A stretch of DNA of 35,752 bases from Candidatus Muiribacterium halophilum (GTDB taxonomy: Bacteria > Muiribacteriota > Muiribacteriia > Muiribacteriales > Muiribacteriaceae). Under the pieces are notes generated by a model, which had not been told where the DNA came from, made no database searches, and saw only the letters and a list, made by a program, of their open reading frames with translations. Shown here in pieces: positions 26,641 through 34,436 of the stretch (the stretch's first letter is position 1; every line of letters starts with the position of its first letter). The stretch is from assembly GCA_023228995.1 (NCBI GenBank), contig JALOAD010000034.1:1-35752 (forward strand), written 5' to 3'. Position numbers and translations under genes: made by a program.

Positions 26641-26703
26641 AAAGAAATTGAAAGAAATACAAATTGAAGAACGAGAAGATAAACTAAAAAGAATATGTGG
26701 TTA
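26641..26703 (+). pseudogene. vestigial 3' end of a KLERIL-tail family gene (encodes ...EEREDKLKRICG*)
   Basis: The frame is open only from the stop at 26638. It has no ATG, but it encodes the family tail and overlaps the next gene's ATG (26695) exactly as intact members do. Confidence 0.5.
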
Positions 26704-26910
26704 AAATGTACATACACAGATTTCTACCAAAACAACTTGAAAATAACAAAAGGTAAGTATTACAAAGTTATATCGAAAGATAAGACAGAAAATAATTTAT
26801 ATTGGATAGTTGATGATAATGGAGAAACTCATAGATACTCTATTGATTTCTTCAAGGTAGTTGATAAAAACGAAATTAGAGAAAAGAAACTTAAAAGAAT
26901 TATAAAATGA
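26695..26910 (+). CDS. KLERIL-tail family member (tail IREKKLKRIIK)
   Basis: Track ORF. Confidence 0.55.
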   Translation: MWLKCTYTDFYQNNLKITKGKYYKVISKDKTENNLYWIVDDNGETHRYSIDFFKVVDKNEIREKKLKRIIK

Positions 26911-27353
26911 AAAAGAAAGTAACTTATTATTCACCTGGTACTTTTGTAGCAGAAATGACACAAAGAGAAATTCGTGGTAAAGATAAAGAAGAAATCATAA
27001 GAAATGCAACCATTGAAGGACAAAAAATTATAGAGAGATATAATGCTACACCTTATGGTTTCAGAATAGAAGGAGAAAGTATCACATACTATCTACCACA
27101 CACAAGAATTGAATTACTAAAAGAAATCAAGGATAGAAATGATCCTAAGGATAGAATATTGATTTCTAATATGGAATGCAATAATTGGAATGCCGTTGTT
27201 GTTACAACTGAAGGTTGGAAAACCACACAACCATTAGATGAAGAAGATTGTATTGTTGATGCTTTTGGTAACATAATCCTTAGAGGATTTGAGGCTGATA
27301 TTAATATTGTTAGAGAAAGAAAGTTAGAAAGAATATTGAAAAATGCAGATTAG
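26907..27353 (+). CDS. KLERIL-tail family member (tail VRERKLERILKNAD)
   Basis: Track ORF. Confidence 0.55.
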   Translation: MKKKVTYYSPGTFVAEMTQREIRGKDKEEIIRNATIEGQKIIERYNATPYGFRIEGESITYYLPHTRIELLKEIKDRNDPKDRILISNMECNNWNAVVVTTEGWKTTQPLDEEDCIVDAFGNIILRGFEADINIVRERKLERILKNAD

Positions 27354-27624
27354 AAACTATCTCATAAAAACTGATAATCCTAGAAAAGTAATGGATTATC
27401 TTAAATCAATTAATGAACCCATCTATAAAAACTGGTACAAGTATATTTCTATTCTCAATGATCTTCAAGACAGTAACCAAATATTAATCGGTTATTTAGA
27501 TGATGAAGATCAAGAATGGGATTGGGATGGAGATAGTTACTGGTATAAAACATACCCAAACAGAATAGTTATTTCTTTTAATGAATTATTAAGAGAAGAA
27601 AAATTAAAAAGAATATTGAAATGA
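27343..27624 (+). CDS. KLERIL-tail family member (tail LREEKLKRILK)
   Basis: Track ORF. Confidence 0.55.
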   Translation: MQIRNYLIKTDNPRKVMDYLKSINEPIYKNWYKYISILNDLQDSNQILIGYLDDEDQEWDWDGDSYWYKTYPNRIVISFNELLREEKLKRILK

Positions 27625-28049
27625 ATAGTTGGTTTGAAAATGAATACGATGAAGATGCATATTTTAAAAATCATATGCAATGGTTAGACCATATGAGACA
27701 AATCGAAAAGAAACCTGACGAGAATGGTAAAGTTGTTTTGACAAATTTTGACAACGATAAAATAGAAATTTATAGAAAATCTATAAAACTCTATGAAAGT
27801 GTTGATTATGAAAAAAGTCAAGAATGTCAATTTGAGATAAAAGAAAATGTCGCACATGACGTTTATGGTAAAACTATAAACAAAGAAGATGATCCTTCTC
27901 ATTCATCTTTATGGCATAAACCTGGTGGTAAATTTGGTGCTGACAGAGGTGATTTTTGGCAAGTTTATGATGAAGTGTTAGCTAAATATGAAAAAGATTA
28001 TTTAAGACAAGAAAAACTCAAAAGAATTTTATTTGATAAAAATAATTAG
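27621..28049 (+). CDS. KLERIL-tail family member (tail LRQEKLKRILFDKNN)
   Basis: Track ORF. Confidence 0.55.
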   Translation: MNSWFENEYDEDAYFKNHMQWLDHMRQIEKKPDENGKVVLTNFDNDKIEIYRKSIKLYESVDYEKSQECQFEIKENVAHDVYGKTINKEDDPSHSSLWHKPGGKFGADRGDFWQVYDEVLAKYEKDYLRQEKLKRILFDKNN

Positions 28050-28057
28050 TATATTTG
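28050..28057 (+). promoter_or_regulatory. -7 promoter element TATATTTG, 4 nt upstream of the ATG at 28062
   Basis: Exact motif. Confidence 0.5.
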
Positions 28058-28061
28058 CGTT

Positions 28062-28424
28062 ATGACTAGAATTAATGTAGCAATTTTACCAAAAGAACTT
28101 AGTGATAAGCATCTTATTGCTGAGCATAGGGAAATTAAACGAATACCTAACTGTGTTGCCAAAGGTCGGTTTTCTCTCAAAGACCAACCTACACAATTTA
28201 AGTTAGGTACTGGTCATGTTAAATTTTTCTACGATAAATTATTATATCTTAAAAATAGATATGAAAGTTTATATCAAGAATGTGTGAATAGAGGGTTCAA
28301 TGTAACTTACTATGGTGATGCTTGGGACGAAATACCAGTAGAATTGATGAACGATTATAATGAAACGAAGAGAGATAGAGAAATTTTATTACAAAGAATA
28401 AAAGAGAAAAATGAAAGAACATAA
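28062..28424 (+). CDS. denV: pyrimidine-dimer DNA glycosylase / endonuclease V (T4 DenV homolog)
   Basis: The N-terminus MTRINVAILPKELSDKHLIAEHREIKR, then GTGHVKFFYDKLLYLKNRYESLYQECVNRGFN, closely parallel T4 endonuclease V (MTRINLTLVSEL..HLMAEYREL...GAGHVTFFYDKLEFL...ECLKRGFN). Confidence 0.85.
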   Translation: MTRINVAILPKELSDKHLIAEHREIKRIPNCVAKGRFSLKDQPTQFKLGTGHVKFFYDKLLYLKNRYESLYQECVNRGFNVTYYGDAWDEIPVELMNDYNETKRDREILLQRIKEKNERT

Positions 28425-28845
28425 TTATTTCGATTACGATATACCTAGAGACTACTATCCATTGAAATTGGATGAAGCAGTCTATACAAAAGATGCACTC
28501 TTTATCAAAGATAAATATTATCAACCAATGGAACCTGTAATGCTAGATGTTGTGACTGTTTCAGCCGTTAATCTAAATGGATTACGCAGACCAGCCAACT
28601 ATACTGAAATTATGAGAGACAAAATACTTCTTATGATGTCGTTAGCTAAAAGGAATAATTGTGATAATATTATTCTTGGTGCTTGGGGTTGTGGTGTTTA
28701 CAAAAACGATCCTGAAGAAGTCGCTAATCTATTTAAGGAATGGGCGATAGTTGATTTTGATAACATAGTATATGCAGTTATAAATGACCACAATTCAGTA
28801 GATAATAATTATAAAATTTTTAAGACAATATTAGATGAACGATAG
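28411..28845 (+). CDS. DUF2263/TIGR02452-like protein (PARG-related, possibly macro-domain-like; possible ADP-ribose processing)
   Basis: ILGAWGCGVYKNDPEEVANLF resembles the GAWGCGxFxNDP signature that I recall for this family. The assignment is tentative. Confidence 0.4.
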   Translation: MKEHNYFDYDIPRDYYPLKLDEAVYTKDALFIKDKYYQPMEPVMLDVVTVSAVNLNGLRRPANYTEIMRDKILLMMSLAKRNNCDNIILGAWGCGVYKNDPEEVANLFKEWAIVDFDNIVYAVINDHNSVDNNYKIFKTILDER

Positions 28846-29266
28846 AATATATGCAAATGTTGATTCTGAAAGACTTCAGAATTTTTTAGATAAAGTAAGA
28901 ATCACATTAACAGAGAAGAAAGAATCAGAAAAATTTCATTTTAGTCGCCATTCAACATATTTTGGTTTAGATATAAAGATAATGTATAAAAAACCAATGA
29001 TTAATGGTGATAAACTTTTAATGAGAATTGAAACAAATCTTAAAGAAAATAGGGTTTCTTTGTATAAAGAAGATTATCATATAGCAACCTTATATAAAAA
29101 TAACACGCAAGCGACTGCTGATTTTATTACATTCATAAAAAGAGAATGTAGAGAGATAGAGAAGATGTTAGATGAATTCATTAAAGAATTGGATGATATA
29201 AACAAAGAAGAAAAGGTACCTGAACCAAAAGTAAAAGTTAAAAAGAAGTTTTTTTGGAATAAATAA
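28835..29266 (+). CDS. hypothetical protein
   Basis: 143-aa track ORF. Confidence 0.5.
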   Translation: MNDRIYANVDSERLQNFLDKVRITLTEKKESEKFHFSRHSTYFGLDIKIMYKKPMINGDKLLMRIETNLKENRVSLYKEDYHIATLYKNNTQATADFITFIKRECREIEKMLDEFIKELDDINKEEKVPEPKVKVKKKFFWNK

Positions 29267-29289
29267 TTTTATTCTAAAGAAATTTTCCT

Positions 29290-29297
29290 TATATTTG
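29290..29297 (+). promoter_or_regulatory. -7 promoter element TATATTTG
   Basis: 30 nt upstream of the ATG at 29328. Confidence 0.45.
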
Positions 29298-29327
29298 TAG
29301 ATAGTATAAATTTTAAAAACTTAAACA

Positions 29328-29525
29328 ATGAAATTTTTAATCAGAATAGGAATAGCTGCAATACTTTATATGTGTATATTCGGTGTGATTATGACAGGTG
29401 TTGATTTGTTTGGTAATTTCGACAACTTAACAGAACTAAACTACAAAGTAATCAGAGTAATATGCGCAACTATTGCAATTATTACAGCAGTAGTAACTAA
29501 AATAACAATAAACGGAAAAGATTAA
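29328..29525 (+). CDS. small two-TM membrane protein
   Basis: 65-aa track ORF, strongly hydrophobic. Confidence 0.5.
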   Translation: MKFLIRIGIAAILYMCIFGVIMTGVDLFGNFDNLTELNYKVIRVICATIAIITAVVTKITINGKD

Positions 29526-29647
29526 TGAAAAAGATACTAACAATAAGTGAAGCTGAACTTCAACTTGTCGCAGAATCTAATTCTGAAATGTTCGATGTTT
29601 TAAACTCAAAACAAAACTTAGACAACAATAAATTAAATGAATTTTAA
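29525..29647 (+). CDS. possible small ORF (40 aa)
   Basis: TAATG overlap with the previous gene. It overlaps the 3' end of the minus-strand LAGLIDADG gene. Support is weak. Confidence 0.2.
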   Translation: MKKILTISEAELQLVAESNSEMFDVLNSKQNLDNNKLNEF

Positions 29648-30721
29648 TTTTTTGATGTTATAAATAACACCTTTCTTAACACCTAATTTATCTGTAATAT
29701 CTTTATAAGAATATCCATCTTTTATCATTTGGATAATTTTATCTTTCTTATCATCTGATAATGGTTTGGACTGGTTAGAATTTTTATCAAATAATTCTTT
29801 TAATCCATTATACTTTTTAATATACTCATATAAACCACTTGTATAATTGTATTTATTCATAACATCTCTTATACTCATACCAGATTTAGCCATATTAAAT
29901 AATTCTTGTTCAGTATGATATACAGGATTCATTTTATTTGTTGAAAAACTACATATCTCTCTATATTTGTCATATTTTCGTTTCAATCCGATAGTGTCAT
30001 AATTTTGATAAATATAATCACCAAATATTTTAACATTATTAGAACCAACAATTCTTATTTGTGAAGATTTTGATTTATCACTTTTTATTTGTTCATATCT
30101 ATATTCTATTCCTAAATTATCTAATAATTGTGTGAAATATGTCCAATCTTGTTCATGTGTTGAAGACAATATATATTGGTATAGATAATGTTTTTTATTA
30201 ATATAAAAACAACCATCTCCATCACTTAGACCCCTGAAAAAATAATAATGATATTTTTCTGGTATGGTTTCTAATACTTTATCAGCAGAAACATACGATT
30301 TTTTATCAAAATCTAAATCTTTTAATAAAAAATATAAATCCTTATTGCCTAATGAATATGTTATTTGTTTTCTATTTTTTCCTGAATATTCATAAATATT
30401 CCAATCATCAGTAAATAATATTATATTTTTTATTTCAATTGCATCTTCTTCAATAATTGATAATTTTGTAGTGTAATTTTTTTCTACTATATATCCATCA
30501 GACCATAAAAATCCAAGAATATATGATATTTCTTTACTTATTTTATCATCATTTATATTATTAAACAACTTTAACTTTTTATTTCTATATTTTATACCTA
30601 ATTTTGAAACTTTATTTTTAATAGCAATTTTTGTCCTATTCATTTTTTCATTACAATATGACAAACCACTTACAGTATAATAATCTCTTAAATATTTAAT
30701 TTCTTCTTTTGACCATTTCAT
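29633..30721 (-). CDS. LAGLIDADG homing endonuclease (double-motif), freestanding
   Basis: The two motifs are ISYILGFLWSDGYI and YHYYFFRGLSDGDGCF. HTH-like segments sit at both termini. It lies on the strand opposite to its neighbours. Confidence 0.8.
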   Translation of the reverse strand: MKWSKEEIKYLRDYYTVSGLSYCNEKMNRTKIAIKNKVSKLGIKYRNKKLKLFNNINDDKISKEISYILGFLWSDGYIVEKNYTTKLSIIEEDAIEIKNIILFTDDWNIYEYSGKNRKQITYSLGNKDLYFLLKDLDFDKKSYVSADKVLETIPEKYHYYFFRGLSDGDGCFYINKKHYLYQYILSSTHEQDWTYFTQLLDNLGIEYRYEQIKSDKSKSSQIRIVGSNNVKIFGDYIYQNYDTIGLKRKYDKYREICSFSTNKMNPVYHTEQELFNMAKSGMSIRDVMNKYNYTSGLYEYIKKYNGLKELFDKNSNQSKPLSDDKKDKIIQMIKDGYSYKDITDKLGVKKGVIYNIKKLKFI

Positions 30722-30750
30722 TTTAATTTTTTATTTTTTAACTTTTTCCA

Positions 30751-30758
30751 TATATTTG
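30751..30758 (+). promoter_or_regulatory. -7 promoter element TATATTTG
   Basis: 26 nt upstream of the ATG at 30785. Confidence 0.45.
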
Positions 30759-30784
30759 TATATATTAAAATTAAAAGACCAAAA

Positions 30785-31567
30785 ATGATAAAAGCACCAA
30801 AAAATAATAAATTACGTGTTATAACCGTGGGTGATGTACATGGTTTTGACACTTGGAAAGTGCCGTTAAACTATTTTCGTCCAGACGAAGAAGAAACAAA
30901 TCTTCATCTGTATGATTATATCGTCTTCGTTGGTGACTATGTTGATGAATGGGATATGAATGATGCTCAAATCTATAAAAATCTTGTAGAAATAATTGAG
31001 TTGAAAAAGAAATATCCTGAAAAAGTTATTTTACTTTTAGGTAATCACGACATTCATTACATATATAAAGATGGTAATAAATGTACTGGTTTCCGTGAAA
31101 GTATGTATATGCAATTGAACCAATTATTTACAGAAAATCAAAAATTGTTTCAACTAGCATTTCAATATAAAAACTATCTTTGGACTCACGCTGGTCTACA
31201 TAAAGGATGGTGGAAATTTCAAGTTGAAGATCAAAAATTTGTAATCCGTGATGGTGAAAAACTTGAATGGTTAGAAATTGATAAAACAGGTAATGTTGCT
31301 GATATTCTTAACTTCTGTTATGAAGCACGACACCAACCAATCTTTGATTGTGGTTGGGCTCGTGGAGGTCGCCAAAAAGTTGGTGGACCACTTTGGGCAG
31401 ATAAAAACGAAACTTACAAAAAACCTTTAGAAGGTTATCATCAAATTGTAGGTCACACTCGAATAAAAGAAATAAAACATTACGATAATTATAAAGGTGA
31501 TACATCTATGACATATGTAGATTGTATGCACATAGAATATAATAACTACTACACTATCGAAGTGTAG
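30785..31567 (+). CDS. PPP-family metallophosphatase (lambda-phosphatase / Ser/Thr phosphatase-like)
   Basis: GDVHG, GDYVDEW, GNHD and GHTR motifs appear in the canonical order. Confidence 0.7.
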   Translation: MIKAPKNNKLRVITVGDVHGFDTWKVPLNYFRPDEEETNLHLYDYIVFVGDYVDEWDMNDAQIYKNLVEIIELKKKYPEKVILLLGNHDIHYIYKDGNKCTGFRESMYMQLNQLFTENQKLFQLAFQYKNYLWTHAGLHKGWWKFQVEDQKFVIRDGEKLEWLEIDKTGNVADILNFCYEARHQPIFDCGWARGGRQKVGGPLWADKNETYKKPLEGYHQIVGHTRIKEIKHYDNYKGDTSMTYVDCMHIEYNNYYTIEV

Positions 31568-31594
31568 TGGTTTTTTATTTTTAAATATTCATAT

Positions 31595-31602
31595 TATATT
31601 TG
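31595..31602 (+). promoter_or_regulatory. -7 promoter element TATATTTG
   Basis: 26 nt upstream of the ATG at 31629. Confidence 0.45.
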
Positions 31603-31628
31603 TAGAATAAATATTAAAATAATAAACA

Positions 31629-31814
31629 ATGGCAAAAGAAACAAAATTAGATAAGGTATTAAAAAAGAGAACAATAGACGTAAAAGAAATGAAAAAACTT
31701 TGTAATTATGGTACAGCATATCATAATTATTGGTTTAAAATGAAGAAATTAGAAAGAATTCTTATGGAAGAATTTGAAGACGATTTTGATTTTGAAACAG
31801 AAAACGCAGAATAA
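31629..31814 (+). CDS. KLERIL-tail family member (internal MKKLERILMEE, acidic end)
   Basis: Track ORF. Confidence 0.5.
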   Translation: MAKETKLDKVLKKRTIDVKEMKKLCNYGTAYHNYWFKMKKLERILMEEFEDDFDFETENAE

Positions 31815-31816
31815 TT

Positions 31817-32062
31817 ATGGTAGCAATAATATCTATTATAGCCGTATGTTTAATGATGGTGTACCTAGTGTACTCCGTCATTAAAATGCGAGATAGAACA
31901 GACAAAGTAAGAAATGTAAGAAAGTATATGTGCTATTCTTTAATAGCATTGTGTTTACTTGTATCTTTTGGTTATGTTATTAGTGGAAATGGTGGTAGTG
32001 CATCTATTTGGGCATTCAATTCTGCTCTTTGGGGATTTAATTTATATATGGTTCTTAAATAA
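31817..32062 (+). CDS. small two-TM membrane protein
   Basis: 81-aa track ORF. Confidence 0.5.
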   Translation: MVAIISIIAVCLMMVYLVYSVIKMRDRTDKVRNVRKYMCYSLIALCLLVSFGYVISGNGGSASIWAFNSALWGFNLYMVLK

Positions 32063-32235
32063 TGATGAAAACAATCATAATTTATAACGGTGAAAAATTA
32101 GATCCTGAACAAGAGTGGGTGCTCGAAAATAATGAATTAGGTTATATCATTTTAGCCAAAAACAATGAAAATTTTTGGGCTATGTGGATGATGAATGCAT
32201 CTGCTACAACCACTAACGTACAAGTGTATGGGTAG
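32062..32235 (+). CDS. possible small ORF (57 aa)
   Basis: TAATG overlap with the previous gene. It is below the track cutoff. Confidence 0.3.
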   Translation: MMKTIIIYNGEKLDPEQEWVLENNELGYIILAKNNENFWAMWMMNASATTTNVQVYG

Positions 32236-32270
32236 TTTTTACCCGATTTAATAAACTAAAATTTAAAATA

Positions 32271-32531
32271 ATGGAAGCAAAAGAAATTTACCTAAAGATT
32301 AAAAGAGAAATAACCAAAGGATTATACGCTTATGATGACCAAATAGCTGCAATTGCTAAATGGGTAGAAAGCGAATTTGAACCGAAAAAACAAGGGAAAA
32401 AATTACCTATACACAATGTTAGCAATAACGAAGTGGCGTTAAAGGCGTTTGTTGAAGAGTTCGTTGAGGCTTGGGAAGATGGAATGGGTGGAGATACTGA
32501 TTTATATAGAAAAGCTAAAAGCCTTTTATGA
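32271..32531 (+). CDS. hypothetical protein
   Basis: 86-aa track ORF. Confidence 0.5.
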   Translation: MEAKEIYLKIKREITKGLYAYDDQIAAIAKWVESEFEPKKQGKKLPIHNVSNNEVALKAFVEEFVEAWEDGMGGDTDLYRKAKSLL

Positions 32532-32794
32532 TTGCTAACACAGAAATTGACGAATATACTATGTATTGTAATGTTACAGAAATACATAACAAATATTTGT
32601 CATTCCACACTAGACAAGGTAATCAAATTGCATTTGAGAGTAATATACACGGTACTGGCTCAACACCTAATATGCAACAATTTGATGAAATATACATATA
32701 TGATGCAGATACAAAATTTGATTCATACTATGGAAGTAAGAAAAGAGTTGCACAATTTATAAGAAGACTTAAATTAGAAAGAATATTGAAATGA
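32528..32794 (+). CDS. KLERIL-tail family member (tail IRRLKLERILK)
   Basis: Track ORF. Confidence 0.55.
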   Translation: MIANTEIDEYTMYCNVTEIHNKYLSFHTRQGNQIAFESNIHGTGSTPNMQQFDEIYIYDADTKFDSYYGSKKRVAQFIRRLKLERILK

Positions 32795-33207
32795 AAAAAT
32801 TAAACTGTTGGTTTGGAAAACACGATTGGGACACTTTCAAACACATCACAAAATCAAAACCACCACATTATGAAAGATGTTGTAAAGTTTGCAATAAAGT
32901 ACAAATAATGAGCGAATTAGAACATAAAAAATTGTTAGATAATGGTGTAATAGAAATTAACAAATGCTTTAATGGTATTTTTAGAGTTATTGATATTAGA
33001 TTAGAAAAAGGACACTATCAGCATATCTATGAAGATTTGGAAGATGTTATTGAAACGCTAACAAATGTTAAGAAAAACTACACAACTGAACACTTTATAA
33101 AAGTTAAAGATAATATACTTGATAGTATAGATTATTTATATAGAGGTGATAAACATTTCATCTCAACGAGAATGGAAGAATATTTTAAAACAATTGAAAA
33201 TTTATAA
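32791..33207 (+). CDS. hypothetical protein with N-terminal Zn-ribbon-like CWFGKH...CCKVCNK
   Basis: Track ORF. It has no family tail. Confidence 0.5.
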   Translation: MKKLNCWFGKHDWDTFKHITKSKPPHYERCCKVCNKVQIMSELEHKKLLDNGVIEINKCFNGIFRVIDIRLEKGHYQHIYEDLEDVIETLTNVKKNYTTEHFIKVKDNILDSIDYLYRGDKHFISTRMEEYFKTIENL

Positions 33208-33212
33208 AAAAA

Positions 33213-33695
33213 ATGGAACCAATTAAACAAGCAAACAGACCATATACTCAAATGCCTGGTTATGGATTGTATGATTTTACAGACTTCGTTCCAACTGATG
33301 AAGAAGTCTTAATCAATATGTTAGAATATATGAGTTATTGGGGAACTCATTGGATGTTCGATTATATGCCAAAAACAAGATTTTGTGACCTAATGGAATT
33401 ATATCTAAATGATTGGAGACCAGAAGGTTATGCTAGACAATATAAACACATTTTAGTTGAAAAATCTAAAAGAAAGAATGGTGGGAGTGAATATAAAGGT
33501 CCTGCACCATTGCATTGGATAGAAAGAACTTGGGAATTTCAAAGTAGAGATATGACAGATGAAGAAGTATTGGTAGAGCCAAATTATTGGTATCAAGGTG
33601 TACTTGAATGGTGTAAGAAGAATCCTGAAGGTATGAGAATGTTAGGAGAATTAAAATTAGATAGAATACTCGATGAAAATAAAATTAATGAATAA
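33213..33695 (+). CDS. KLERIL-tail family member (divergent tail ELKLDRILDENKINE)
   Basis: Track ORF. Confidence 0.55.
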   Translation: MEPIKQANRPYTQMPGYGLYDFTDFVPTDEEVLINMLEYMSYWGTHWMFDYMPKTRFCDLMELYLNDWRPEGYARQYKHILVEKSKRKNGGSEYKGPAPLHWIERTWEFQSRDMTDEEVLVEPNYWYQGVLEWCKKNPEGMRMLGELKLDRILDENKINE

Positions 33696-33912
33696 GTTGC
33701 AAGTTTATTGTACTTGGAATTTTAAGGTAGGTGAAGAATATCATTTGGAATATGATCCTGAAATAGAATACTTTTCAGTTTTTGATCATAATGGTGTAGA
33801 AAGACTATCAATGACAAGTAAAAGTCTAATGAAATACTTTGATGAAAAATCTTGCAAACAACTAATGAGAGAACAAAAACTCAAACGAATATGTAAAGAT
33901 GAAGATTGTTAA
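33673..33912 (+). CDS. KLERIL-tail family member (tail REQKLKRICKDEDC)
   Basis: Track ORF. The alternative start is the ATG at 33688. Confidence 0.5.
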   Translation: MKIKLMNKLQVYCTWNFKVGEEYHLEYDPEIEYFSVFDHNGVERLSMTSKSLMKYFDEKSCKQLMREQKLKRICKDEDC

Positions 33913-34186
33913 ACACGTAGATCATTCCGATAAAAGAAAAAGATTAGTTTCTACTGAGAAAGCATATACTACCGTTAATTATAACGATATTATATTTCTT
34001 AGAGTCGAAACAGATTACGGTGAAGATGCACCTTCAGATTATTATTGGAATATTGGTAGAGGCGAAAACAATTGGTTACTTTGTAATGATGAAGAAAACT
34101 TAGCATTAGAAAAACTATATCAAATAGAATTAGAAAGATTAGAAAGAGAAAACAAATTAAAACGAATATTAAATGAGAAAGATTAG
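33899..34186 (+). CDS. KLERIL-tail family member (tail RENKLKRILNEKD)
   Basis: Track ORF. Confidence 0.55.
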   Translation: MKIVKHVDHSDKRKRLVSTEKAYTTVNYNDIIFLRVETDYGEDAPSDYYWNIGRGENNWLLCNDEENLALEKLYQIELERLERENKLKRILNEKD

Positions 34187-34436
34187 AATTAAACATTACG
34201 AAACAATTAATGTAATTAGACAAAAAGAAGCATTAGAAATTGAAATACCTGATGATTTAGACTTAGAAGATGAAGATGCACTGGAAGATTATATAACTAT
34301 GTGGTATGAAAATGAAGACAATTTTGATACTATTTGTGATTTAGATTGGGATGGTAATGATCAATGGTCAGACCCAACGGAATTAGGTTTCCACATCGAA
34401 ACTGATGACGAAGATTATGGATTTATTCGAGTATAA
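34173..34436 (+). CDS. acidic hypothetical protein
   Basis: Track ORF. It has no family tail. Confidence 0.5.
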   Translation: MRKIRIKHYETINVIRQKEALEIEIPDDLDLEDEDALEDYITMWYENEDNFDTICDLDWDGNDQWSDPTELGFHIETDDEDYGFIRV

